Shown here: positions 1-12,991 of the stretch, piece after piece
Layout of the letters: each line of letters starts with the position of its first letter
Position numbering within the stretch: position 1 is the first letter of the stretch
From: Eledone cirrhosa
Taxonomy: Eukaryota
Assembly (NCBI GenBank): GCA_964016885.1
Contig: OZ024748.1
Span: 47,368,001-47,432,000 of the forward strand
Length of the DNA stretch: 64,000 nucleotides
Direction: 5' to 3'
The notes under the pieces: generated by a model
What the model saw: only the letters and a program-made list of their open reading frames with translations
What the model was told of the DNA's origin: nothing
Databases searched by the model: none
Translations under genes and position numbers: made by a program

Positions 1-113
1 ATATATATATATGTATGCATAAATGTATATATATGTATATATATATATAAATGTATATATATGTATATATATATATATATATATGCATATATGTATATGT
101 CTGTGTATATATG

Positions 114-229
<116 letters not shown>

Positions 230-561
230 TGTGTATCACGTATATATATGTATGCATGTAAATATGTGTCTATAGGTATGCCAACAAACATAATATATTA
301 TGCTGCCTATGTTGTATATGTTGACAATTCTATAAAGTGTATATACCGTATAACAATAAGCCAGGGCTGCAGTGTCTATAAATGAGAGACAAACTCCTGC
401 ATCAACGTGAAATGTCTTACCAAGGATTGCCATTAGCTTCTTGAAAACTAAAGAAAACTGTAGAAATTTTAACAGAAATTTCCATTTCATTTTCTCATTC
501 ACTACTTTAAAACTCTTAAATAAATGTATGTAGATAATATACAGTGTGTGAGCGTGTATTC

Positions 562-625
<64 letters not shown>

Positions 626-655
626 GTGTGTGTGTGTGTGTGGGTGTGTGTGTGT

Positions 656-708
<53 letters not shown>

Positions 709-974
709 GGTGTATTCATGTATATATATATAGAGAGAGAGAAATCACATGAATCAAAGTTCTGTTCAAACCATTTATTAGCTTACAATTGTTTCGTCCA
801 AATCGAGGTTTGGAGTCTTCGGAGCAATTTTTCAATGATTGTTTACATTGAGCTATTTATCTTACTGGTAATAAGGTAGTAATAAATTACTGTCTTTCAC
901 TGTTTAGGGTTTAAAATATATATAACTATAAAAAGTTTTAGTATATACATAACCATAAATAGTATCCTTAATAC

Positions 975-1012
<38 letters not shown>

Positions 1013-1026
1013 AGCGCGTATTCATC

Positions 1027-1081
<55 letters not shown>

Positions 1082-1136
1082 ATGGGTTGGTGGGGTTTAT
1101 ATATGTATTTATATTTGTATACATATATGTTTGTGT

Positions 1137-1169
<33 letters not shown>

Positions 1170-1183
1170 AGCGCGTATTCGTG

Positions 1184-1218
<35 letters not shown>

Positions 1219-1554
1219 ATGGGTTGGTGGGGTTTATATATGTATTTATATTTATATACATATATGTTTGTGTGTGCGTGTGTGTGGGGGGGAGGTTGGT
1301 GGGGGTGTATTATATGTATTTATATTTGTATACATATATGTTTGTGTGTGTGTCTGTATCTGGTGGGGGGGGTATATACATGTATCTGTATATATATATA
1401 TATGTTTCTGTGTGTGTGCGTGTGTTTGTGTGTGTGTTTGTGTGCGTGTGTGGGTTCGTGCAAATACACATACACGTGTCTATGTGCAATGAGAACAATA
1501 GAAAAGGAAAAAAAGATTAACAGACAGGTTTAATGATAGATACATAGATAGATA

Positions 1555-2020
1555 AATTTCTTTATTAGCCACAAGGGCACAAAAGAAAGGGACAAATACA
1601 AATGGGGAGTTTACATACAGGTATATGAAAATAAAACTATTAATACAATAACAAATAACAATTGAAATCCCCAACAGGGAGGGAGCCGTTACACAGGGGT
1701 TGTACACACCCCGAAAAAATGTACAACCCTCATCTCCAGGAGCACCAAGAGTGAGTACTCCTCCCTCTCTTCCTCTTTTTCCTCAACGTACAGACTTATA
1801 TAGAGAGAAGGCCCAACCACTCGGGCCATCTTTGCTACATTCACCCACCTTTTATAAAATTTGCTGGGGTACAGCACCTCTCTCTCCATCCTGATTCTTC
1901 TTCCAAAATGATATTTGAAATAAAAAAAGAATCAGTTCCTCGCCGGAGAGAAAGGTGTCTGACCTCAGCCCTTTTAACCTCGTCCACCATATAACCTCTT
2001 TCACCATAGCCATAACACAT
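1555..2020 (-). mobile_element. Tx1/L1-type LINE 3' fragment (ORF2 C-terminus + 3' UTR) in a (GATA)n tract
   Basis: Minus-strand translation KEVIWWTRLKGLRSDTFLSG...EREVLYPSKFYKRWVNVAKMARV matches the ORF2 ends at 23640-23836 and 25330-25543. The 3' end reads ccttgtggctaataaag, and both flanks are gatagata repeats. Confidence 0.85.
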
Positions 2021-2523
2021 AGGATAGATAGATAGATAGAGAGAGAGACAAATAGAAAGATAGAGAGAGGAATAGACAGATATAAATAAATATATATATA
2101 TAGATAGATATATATAGATATATAGACACATAGATAGTTAGAGTGATCGATAGATAGACTGATTGACAAACAGATAGATAGATGATGTAAAAGTTAATGC
2201 ATTCTTAAAATTTTAAATTGCTTAAATCAGACATGGCAGATTCATCAACCCGTTACATACACATGCACAAACAAACATATACACAAACGCACATACACAC
2301 ACGCACAGATATATATATATATATACATATATATATATGTGTGTGTGTGAGTGTTTGTGTACACTTACATAAAAATGTAAGCACTGACATACATTTATAC
2401 ATATATATATATATATAAATGTGTATGTCTTCATCGGTTTTTCATGTGTGTGAGTACGTGTGTATTAGTGTACACATACATAAATATATAAGCACTAATA
2501 TATATATATATAAATATATATAC

Positions 2524-2634
<111 letters not shown>

Positions 2635-2690
2635 TATACATATATATACATATATAAGCATATATATACATATACATATATACATATATA

Positions 2691-2761
<71 letters not shown>

Positions 2762-3135
2762 CTCTATACTTTTACACAACAACCTTTAATTTTCTTCTTC
2801 TTTTCAGACATCCATCTGAACTACATCGTTACTAACGGCCTAAAAGCCATTAGGGATAGGCTAAACTATTTTAAATATAAGAAAAAACAGTCCACCATCA
2901 ATTATAATCACGTGTTATAAGAGTCACTTAGCAGTGACGAATTTAGAATCGCCACCAGATGGTGTCTGTGATGTTTTCATCTGGTCACAAATAAATATAC
3001 TCCAGGCTCTACTGAGAAAGAAAAAATTATCTATAGATTGAATATCTAATATAAAATAAAAAATTTCTTTTACAGTCATTTATTTAAACTGCAGAATGTA
3101 CGAATTTATTCTCTCTCTCTGTTTTTGTTTCTATA

Positions 3136-3200
<65 letters not shown>

Positions 3201-3537
3201 CTCTCTCTCTCTTATACATACATATATATGTATATATTAGGATCGTTGCTCTGCAATAGCGATGTATACATGAATGTATATATAGTATATTTGGCAATAT
3301 ACCGTACGTTTAATTTAGAAGACCATACGTATACGGTTTCCAAGTAGTGACTATGCCACTTACTTTTTTTCGGTGAAAGAAGGGGGAGAAGCTAACAGTC
3401 TGTTTCACGCTGTTTGGCGATAATCAGAGCCACGTAGCCCTTGCTTTCGCCGAAAATTATAGAAGCTGGATTCTTATAGAATTCCAGCAATAATCAGGAG
3501 GTCATTATACAGACCGATTGCCGGTCCAGCATAAATT

Positions 3538-3576
<39 letters not shown>

Positions 3577-3577
3577 T

Positions 3578-3795
3578 AATAATTGTTTCTTATATAGGCA
3601 CAAGACCAGCAACTTCGGCGCAGGGGAAACTCGATTAAATCGAGACCCCAATGCGTGACTAGTACTTTATTTAATCGACCCCGTAAGGATGAAAGGCAAA
3701 GTTAACCACGGCGGGATTTGAACTCAGATCATAAAGGACCGTAACTCTCTGCTACAAAGCATGGCGTCCGGCTCTCTGCCGATACTGCCAATCCC
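3578..3795 (-). mobile_element. tRNA-derived SINE
   Basis: Minus strand has A-box-like tggcagtatcgg, B-box gagttcaaatccc, core ctttgcctttcatccttacggggtcgat and tail cttgtgcc...gaaacaatt. Many homologous copies lie in the window. Confidence 0.85.
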
Positions 3796-3799
3796 CCGC

Positions 3800-3840
<41 letters not shown>

Positions 3841-3842
<2 letters not shown>

Positions 3843-3936
3843 GGTCCTACTGGTTCCTATTACCCACTCTACTACCTCAAGTATTGAGTACTTTGGTGCG
3901 TTATGGTCCACCTGGTTCCTTACCACATTTCCTTCG

Positions 3937-3938
<2 letters not shown>
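3841..3938 (+). mobile_element. PLE-like family F1, tail-only copy between (TA)n tracts
   Basis: Near-identical to 6157-6254 and 7279-7376, and flanked by (TA)n on both sides. Confidence 0.8.
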
Positions 3939-3996
<58 letters not shown>

Positions 3997-4019
3997 GCAC
4001 ACACACACATACATACACA

Positions 4020-4268
4020 TAATATTAATTCCAAATATTAACAAAATAGATATTCTTGTGATCAATTATATTTTATTATACATATTTCAGAGGTACAGAA
4101 TTAAGTACCTCTGAAATAAGTATAATAAAATATAATTGATCACAAGAATATCTATTTTGTTAATATTTGGAATTAATATTAATAACTCTGGAAAATAATC
4201 TTGTAGATTGCTTCCAATCTATCGTAACACTCATTCTTTGATGTATTCATTAAATGTTGTTTACCTCT

Positions 4269-4272
<4 letters not shown>
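4020..4272 (+). mobile_element. Fold-back element (77-bp arms, 8-nt loop, about 90-bp tail) with the 3' half of an HHR
   Basis: Inverted repeat 4020-4096/4105-4181. The right arm has GAAA-taagta-TA-ataaaa (4113-4130), and the element ends in (TA)n. Confidence 0.75.
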
Positions 4273-4341
<69 letters not shown>

Positions 4342-4383
4342 CCACATATTAACAGATGGAAACTATATTTATAAAACCATATT

Positions 4384-4448
4384 TATTTCATTATACATAT
4401 TTCAAGGACACCAAGTTAAATTATGGTGTGCTTTCATCAGATAAAATA
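4384..4448 (-). ncRNA. Type I hammerhead ribozyme motif
   Basis: Minus strand: tattttat CTGATGA aagcacacca..tggtgtcctt GAAA tatgta TA atgaaata. Stems I and II pair. Confidence 0.75.
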
Positions 4449-4924
4449 TAATATAGATCAGTTTTATAAATAAATATTGACATACCATTAAAGAATGCGA
4501 CCATTTCTGTTGGAAGCTCCCGGATAGTGGGGTTATTAAATTTATTTATGCTATTATGCAAATTAGTGTCGGATATGTTTAAATCACAGTAGATTTAAAA
4601 TAAGCCGTTGGGGTATGGAGAAAGGGAAAGAAAAGAAAGAGAAAATAAAGAGAAAAACTCTAAGAGGAAAATAAGAAAACAAGAAAAAGAGAAGGAGAGC
4701 TTAGAGCTTTCTCTTTCTCTTTCCCTTTTCTCTTTTCTTATTTCTTCACTTTCTCTTTCTCTTTTTCTTGTTTTCTTACTTTCCTCTTAGAGTTTGCTTT
4801 TTTTTTCTCTTTTTTTCTCTTCTTTTCTCTTTTTTTCTCTTTTTTTCTCTTTTTTTTCTCTTTTTTTCTCTTTCTTTTCTTTCCCTTTCTACATACCCCA
4901 ACAGCTCATTTTAAATCTGTATTG

Positions 4925-4990
4925 TATTTTATCTGATGAAAGCGCACCATAATTTGCCTTGGTGGCTCTTGAAATATGCATAATAAAATA
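4925..4990 (+). ncRNA. Type I hammerhead ribozyme motif
   Basis: tattttat CTGATGA aagcgcacc..ggtggctctt GAAA tatgca TA ataaaata, with a perfect 8-bp stem I and a minimal stem III. Confidence 0.8.
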
Positions 4991-5121
4991 AATATGGTTT
5001 TATATATATAGTTTCCATTTGTTAACATATTGTATATTTACTCCACTAATTTGTTGAGTGCTTTATATCAGTTATAAACATTTTTAAGCTTGTTGAATCC
5101 CAACCAATTAAATATAACTTC

Positions 5122-5194
<73 letters not shown>

Positions 5195-5325
5195 GTGAGG
5201 TTTTTTTTACAAAATGAAAAATACCCGAGGTGTCCTACACGAGTGGAAGTATAAAGAAAAAGGGATGAAATCGAAAATGCAACTGAAGTCTTATTTTTTT
5301 TTTAAATATATATATTTATTTGGTT

Positions 5326-5363
5326 CCTTTACCGGTTTCGCAGTTCTTCTGCTTTTCAAAAGG
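5326..5363 (-). ncRNA. Minimal hammerhead motif, U3-A8 variant
   Basis: Exact reverse complement of 5434-5471. Confidence 0.7.
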
Positions 5364-5433
5364 TGAGTTGAGATGGAGAGTCTGTGGTTTTTCTCACATG
5401 TGAGAAAAACCACAGACCCTCCATCTCAACTCA

Positions 5434-5471
5434 CCTTTTGAAAAGCAGAAGAACTGCGAAACCGGTAAAGG
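5434..5471 (+). ncRNA. Minimal hammerhead motif, U3-A8 variant
   Basis: cctt TTGAAAA gcag-aagaa-ctgc GAAA ccgg TA aagg. Stem I is 4 bp, stem II is 4 bp, and stem/loop III is the palindrome ACCGGT. Confidence 0.7.
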
Positions 5472-5540
5472 AACAAAATAAATATATATATTTTTTTTAA
5501 AAATAAGACTTCAGTTGCATTTTCGATTTCATCCCTTTTT

Positions 5541-5596
<56 letters not shown>

Positions 5597-5648
5597 TGAG
5601 AGAGAGAGATAGTGGTAGGTTATAGATGTTTGTATGTATGGTCACACA

Positions 5649-5730
<82 letters not shown>

Positions 5731-5981
5731 AGGGTAACGTGCAGTTATATATAAGGTTGTGTGTATATGTGTGTTCATATAAATGCATAAATAATATATA
5801 AACATATATAAACACACGCACATGTACACATACACACACTCACATATGTATATATATGTATATATGCATGTGTATAATTAAATGTATGCTGATGAATCTA
5901 TATACATATATATATACATATATATATACATATCTATATGTATATATATATATATATTATATATATATATATATATTATAT

Positions 5982-6348
<367 letters not shown>

Positions 6349-6460
6349 ATACTTTGGGGGAGGAGGGTCATGTTGCCAATATATGTCCCAAAGTATAACA
6401 ATATCGGTTTCAACACACGTTTTCAGATAAAGAATCTTGCTAAACAAATTCAGAAACGAA

Positions 6461-6516
<56 letters not shown>

Positions 6517-6874
6517 GAGTGGGTGAAAATTAGATAAATGATATAAAACAAAACACAAAACAAAAATACATATTAGGAAAAGTCTGATAAATAGAAAGAT
6601 CTAGAACCAATATCCTTTGATTCCATCATCTCCTGACTAACAGAAGGGGTGCTCCTGTACTGCCACTACTACCAGCTTCCAGTTACCAAGACTGCTAAGT
6701 GTTTGGTAAATCTGATTCCACTGTTGTAAGATTGCACCATTAAAAGAGAATTTGGCAATTGGTTAGGAAGCATTTTGTTAGCAAATAACATACTTCCGCT
6801 GCGGTGCTGTTATAGACTTATAGAACACGTCCTTAGTATATGCATATGGAGTCAGAACGTTTGTGTGTGTGTAA

Positions 6875-6906
<32 letters not shown>

Positions 6907-6960
6907 ATATGCGTATAGGGGGTAGGGGGTGTAAGTGTATATTTATGCGTATATATATAT

Positions 6961-7015
6961 AAAAATAGTCAGGACCCCGACGGCAGAGCTCCAGCCGTTT
7001 CGACAGCTGGATCCG
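6961..7015 (-). mobile_element. Family F1 single-arm fragment
   Basis: aggaccccgacggcagagctccagccgtttcgacagct matches the left arms of the 6079, 7183 and 20195 copies. Confidence 0.65.
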
Positions 7016-7152
7016 ATATATATAAGTAATGTATGTGAATGTTTATGCATATATAGGTATATGTGTGTGAGTATATATCTATGTGTGTGTGTATATATAA
7101 TAATAATGATGATAAGGACGAGGAGGAAGTGGCCGAACTTTACACACCAATG

Positions 7153-7182
<30 letters not shown>

Positions 7183-7183
<1 letters not shown>

Positions 7184-7376
7184 GGAACGAGTAGGACCCC
7201 GACGGCTGAGCTCAAGCCGTTTCGACGGCTAATTCTGGGTCTAGAATTAGCCGTCGAAACGGCTTGAGCTCAGCCGTCGGAGTCCTACTCGTTCCTATTA
7301 CCCACTCTACTACCCTAAGTATTGAGTACTTTGGTGCGTTATGGTCCATCTGGTTCCTTACCACATTTCCTTCGTT
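7183..7376 (+). mobile_element. PLE-like family F1 fold-back copy with the 3' half of an HHR
   Basis: Inverted repeat about 7181-7237/7243-7299. GAAA(7256) cggcttgagctcagccg TC(7277-7278), with (TA)n flanks. Confidence 0.85.
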
Positions 7377-7401
7377 ATATATATATATATATTTATATAT
7401 A

Positions 7402-7744
7402 TTAGTAAAAAGGAAAAGAAAATCCTGACAAATTTTTTCCAGTGAAAAATTTAATTAGGAATAAGTATAAATTAGTAATAAGTATTAGTTAGTATTCAGT
7501 TTTAGTTTTAAGTTTTTACCGGTTGCAAATCACGAGCACTCTATCCCAAAAATAATTTTGAAAAGCATACGAAATGGGCAACCGGTAAAAACTTAAAACC
7601 AAAACTGAACACTAACTAATTTATTAACATTACTAATTTATACTTATTCCTAATTAAACTATTTTTCACTGGGAAAAATGTGTCAGCATTTTCTTTTCCC
7701 TTTTAGTAATATATCACAACACGTGTGTCACACCTCTATTTTAC

Positions 7745-7750
<6 letters not shown>
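7402..7750 (+). mobile_element. Diverged fold-back element (family E) with a degenerate U3-A8 HHR
   Basis: Imperfect inverted repeat about 7402-7527/7578-7710. TTGAAAA gcat-acgaa-atgg GCAA ccgg TA at 7558-7587, with (TA)n flanks. Confidence 0.7.
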
Positions 7751-7785
<35 letters not shown>

Positions 7786-7787
<2 letters not shown>

Positions 7788-8376
7788 AATGAATATATGA
7801 TAGGGATAAACACTGATCCAAGCATACAAGTGTTCGCATTGCAAATGACCAACAAGTTAGCTAGATTGAAAAATATTAATTTGAGTTTATAATTCTATAT
7901 ATAATATTCTCGGCTCCATATGTTGAGCTAATCTTTAGTCCCATACCGGCTGCTATTTTTAGCGGCACGAGTATGGGACGAGCTCGGCGCTGTGACACAT
8001 GTGCGTTCAACAACACATTTCTCTCAGTCTTCTTAAATATTTTGAAGTGAAATTTACCAATTTCTGGATACCTGCAGAAGAGCACAGGAATAGGAACTTT
8101 CACTTAATTGTTGCGAAACAAAAAATAAAAATTTGTCCGGGTATCACGGCTATTGCCAATATAGGTTTGTTTTTATTGATTTATTATGTTAAATCGAGAC
8201 ATGCAAACCGTATTATTTTAATTAGTATTTTTCAATCTAGCTAACTTGGTCATTTGCAATGCGAACACTTGTATGACTGTTTATCCCTATCATATATTCA
8301 TTTGTATTACACGGCTCGGAAATATTCCTTTCTTTGAGCTATTTAATTGTAAAAGACTATTTTGAGTTTATAACTC

Positions 8377-8377
<1 letters not shown>
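7786..8377 (+). mobile_element. Fold-back element (family G), about 90-bp arms around a 340-bp spacer
   Basis: Inverted repeat about 7786-7878/8221-8306, a tail of about 70 bp, and (TA)n flanks. Confidence 0.7.
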
Positions 8378-8468
<91 letters not shown>

Positions 8469-8567
8469 TCATCATTCTCATAATTTCAGACTTGCTAATT
8501 GATACTTGCATTCTTCTCACTACGCGTGGGAATCTTTTATCATCTACACCCATCCGTGAAATATTTT

Positions 8568-8680
8568 AGGAAGATAAACATAACTTGGTTCAATCCTACT
8601 ATGCTCTTGTCCAGTAAGGTGACCTACTCCTCCCTTTAACTTAAATATTTCCTCAATTTCAACAAATTTAATGTTCACAC
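8568..8680 (+). pseudogene. Decayed PLE ORF fragment (RT-EN linker)
   Basis: Translates RKINITWFNPT, resembling the recalled RKRNIIWFNPP linker motif of Penelope-like elements. The match is short. Confidence 0.45.
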
Positions 8681-8954
8681 CACAGAAGAAGTATCAAGAT
8701 GTTGTACTCATTAGATGGATAACTATTCAATAATTTAGTTCGATATTCTACCGATACTGCCTATCCACAAATGAAATATTGTCATGTATTCATCTGAATA
8801 AACTCGAGCGAATCAATATCTATACTCTACAATAAGCATTGAGTAAATTTTCATTGGTTTGTTGCTGTGTGAGTGAGTGAGTATGTGTGTGTGTGTGCCT
8901 GCCTGCGTGTGTGTGCGTGTACGCGTGTGTGTGTGTGGGTGAATGCACGCGCGC

Positions 8955-9000
<46 letters not shown>

Positions 9001-9185
9001 ATGCGCACACCGCTCTTCCTTTCACTGTTTTCAACATTTCAAAATATTTGATATACGGCATCCTAATCTTTTTCTCTGTCTGTCTGTCGTTCTATCTGTC
9101 TATGTGTCTATATGTCTATCTTTCTATCTGTCTATCTTTCTCTATTCTCCTTTCTACCTATTTTCTTTCCTCTTCTGCCTGTATT

Positions 9186-9265
<80 letters not shown>

Positions 9266-9374
9266 AGTTACCTTTTCACCATCACCATTTACCTCTCTCT
9301 TCCTCTCATTCAATTACTTTCTATCTTCTATCTTCTATCGTTACTATTACCACCCATTGTCTCCCCTTACACAT

Positions 9375-11793
9375 ACATGCACACCTACACAGACACACTT
9401 ACACAGACACACCTACACACACACACCTATACAGACACAGCTACACAGACACACCTATACAGACACACCTACACATACACACCTACACAGACCCACCTAC
9501 ACAGACACACCTACTCAGACCCACCTACAGACACACCTACACAGACACACCTACACACACACACCTACACAGACACACCTACACAGACACACCTATACAG
9601 ACACACCTACACATACACACCTACACAGACCCACCTACACAGACACACCTACACAGACACACCTACACAGACACACCTACACAGACACATCTACACAGAC
9701 ACACCTACACATACACACCTACACAGACACACCTACACAGACACACCTACACAGACACACCTCCTCAGACACACCTACACAGACACACCTACACAGACAC
9801 ATCTACACAGACACACCTACACAGACACACCTACACAGACACACCTACAATAGACACACTTACACAGACACACCTACACATCCACACCTACACAGACACA
9901 CCTACACAGACACACCTACTCATACACATACAAGCACAGACACACCTACACCTATACACACACACATGCACAGACACACCTACACCTACACACACACATG
10001 CACAGACACACCTACACAGGCACACCTACACACAGAGACTCACCTACACATACAGATACACCTACACACACATACATAAACACACACATGCACATGCACA
10101 GACACACCCACACGTACACACTTAAACACATACAGACACACCCACACGTACACACTTAAACACATACAGACACACCTACACACGTACACACACATGCAGA
10201 GACACACCTACACCTACACACACAGACACACATGCACAAACACACCAACACCTCCACACCTACACACACACATATGCACAGACACACCTACAAATACTCA
10301 TTTACACACAGAGACACACATGGAGTCGCATACACACACACAGTTACTCATACCTACTTACATACACTCTTACACACAAATACACAAACACACACACATA
10401 CTTACACTCAAAGACACACATACAAACACACACACATTCTTCCCCATACATACAAACACACCTATTCATACCCACGAAGACAGAGAAACACATACACACA
10501 TACACACTTACACACATACACTCACACACACACTTACACACACTTGAATACAAACACCCTTACACCCAGACACACACACACACACACACTTACACACAAC
10601 ACACTCACCCACACTTACACACACACACACTTACACCCAAATACACACACACACACTTACACACAAAGATACACAAACACACACTTACACACAGAAACCC
10701 TTGCACCCAAAGACACACATACTTACACCCAAAGACACACACACACAAACACACACCCACACTTACACACACACACACTTACACCCAAAGACACACGCAC
10801 ACCCACACACAGAAACACACACCACACTTACACAAACACACACACAGAAACACACACGACACTTACACAAAAACACACACACATACACTTACACACACTT
10901 ACACACACACACATCCACTTACACACACACACACTTACACCCAAAGACACACACACACACACACACTTACACACATACACACACATACATTTACACACAA
11001 ACACACACACACTTACTTATACACAAACACACTCACCCACACTTACACACACGCACACTTACACCCAAATACACACACACACGCTTACACACACACACAC
11101 ACACTTACATCCAAAGATACACAAACACACACTTACACACAAAAACCCTTACACCCAAAGACACACACACACAATTACACCCAAAGACACACGCTCACCC
11201 ACACACAGAAACACACACCACACTTACACAAAAACACACACCACACTTACACAAAAACACACACACACACACACTTACACACACTTACACACACACTTAC
11301 ACACACTTACACACACACAGACTTACATCCAAAGACACACACACACTTACACAGAAACACACACTACACTTACACAAAAACACACACACACTTACACACA
11401 CACATACACACAAACACACTTACACCCAAAGACACACACACACACAAACACCCTTACACACAAAGACACACACAAACAAACACACACACACACACTTACA
11501 CACACACACTTACACACACAAACACACACGACACTTACACAAAAACACGTACACATACACTTACACCCACTTACACACGCACACACTTACACCCAAAGAC
11601 ACACACACTTACACGCACTTACACAGAAACACACCCACACTTACACAAAAACACACACACTTACACACATACACACACACATTTACACACAAACACACAC
11701 ACACTTACTTATACACAAACACACTTACACACAAATACACACACACACACTTACACACACTTACACACAAACACACACCACACTTACACAAAC

Positions 11794-11830
<37 letters not shown>
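9375..11830. repeat. CA-rich minisatellite (14-bp cacctacacagaca unit, decaying into cacttacaca variants)
   Basis: Direct tandem units are visible from about 9380 to 9920 and are degenerate beyond. Confidence 0.9.
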
Positions 11831-11834
<4 letters not shown>

Positions 11835-12172
11835 GAGAAACACACACCCGTGTCTCGCTCGTCTTAACACTCAATGCAACTCAACTAACTACAATACAGA
11901 ATCTAACACAAAAGAATATTAAAAAGAAGTTGATAAAGAATTCGGAATCGTTTTACAAGGAACTCTTGCACAATGGAATTGGATCCAAGCATTAAAGCAA
12001 TGTCATTAGTTGAAAAGAAGCCACTCGCCTGTCTTTTCCTGTTTCTTCAGTTCTTTGCCAGCAAATTCCTCGCGAAACTTTGGTAAAATCAAATTTCTCT
12101 GTTAAAAAATTTCATATGTATATCCAATATATGTGTGTGTATATATATTGGTGTGTATATATATGTGTGTGC

Positions 12173-12206
<34 letters not shown>

Positions 12207-12289
12207 GTGTATGTATGCATGAATGAATGTATATGCAATATATGTGTGTGTATATATATATGTGTGTGTATATATATATGTGTGCGTGC

Positions 12290-12324
<35 letters not shown>

Positions 12325-12442
12325 TGTATGTATGTATGTATGTATGTATGTATGTATGTATGTGTGTATGTATGCATGAATCAATGTATATGCAATATAT
12401 GTGTGTGTATATATATGTGTGTGTATATATATGTGTGTGTGC

Positions 12443-12477
<35 letters not shown>

Positions 12478-12823
12478 TGTATGTATGTATGTATGTATGT
12501 GTGTATGTATGCATGAATGAATGTATATGCAATATATGTGTGTGTATATATATGTGTGTGTATATATATGTGTGTGCATATATATGTATGTATGTATGTA
12601 TGTATATATGTATGTATGTGAGTAGGTATATGTGTATGTATGCATGAATGAATGTATAGGTGCATACATAAACACGCGCACGCATGTACACACACACACA
12701 CACAGTCATTTACATATAATATATTTTATATATAAATATATATGTATATATATATATATGATAGACACGATCTTGTAGTACCATACATTGAGTGATCCAC
12801 CTCGTGGTATTGTGATTTCGTCA

Positions 12824-12868
<45 letters not shown>

Positions 12869-12991
12869 AGGTGAGTAATATTGTAGAACAATAAAACTAT
12901 GCATATATCAGATAAGAAGCACTCAACAGTTCGTAGAACTGAAGTATATATAATAAAGATGAAATAAAAGATGGTTATAAGAGTCCATATA

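Larger units (their letters stand above)
4345..5125 (+). mobile_element. PLE-derived inverted pseudo-LTR element (family C) with nested inverted arms
   Basis: Outer inverted repeat about 4346-4455/4921-5030, inner one about 4590-4700/4755-4918. There is an HHR in each outer arm and (TA)n flanks. Homologous to 45943-46383. Confidence 0.8.
5188..5547 (-). mobile_element. Fold-back element (family D), about 149-bp arms with no spacer, tail on the left
   Basis: Inverted repeat 5250-5398/5399-5547 centred on CACATGTG, with (TA)n flanks. A second copy lies at 43277-43450. Confidence 0.85.

Noticed and set aside
2950-2966. CTCF-like site (ccaccagatggtg), and YY1-like aaaatggcgg at 41198 and ccaagatggccg at about 56614 on the minus strand
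   Set aside because: Short motif matches are expected by chance in 64 kb, and there is no supporting gene or promoter context.
5250-5547. Fold-back elements as sequencing or assembly chimeras
   Set aside because: The arms carry substitutions and indels, tails are asymmetric, and the same families recur with consistent boundaries.
8873-11995. 300-590 aa His/Thr-rich ORFs
   Set aside because: The CA-rich minisatellite lacks stop codons because of its composition.
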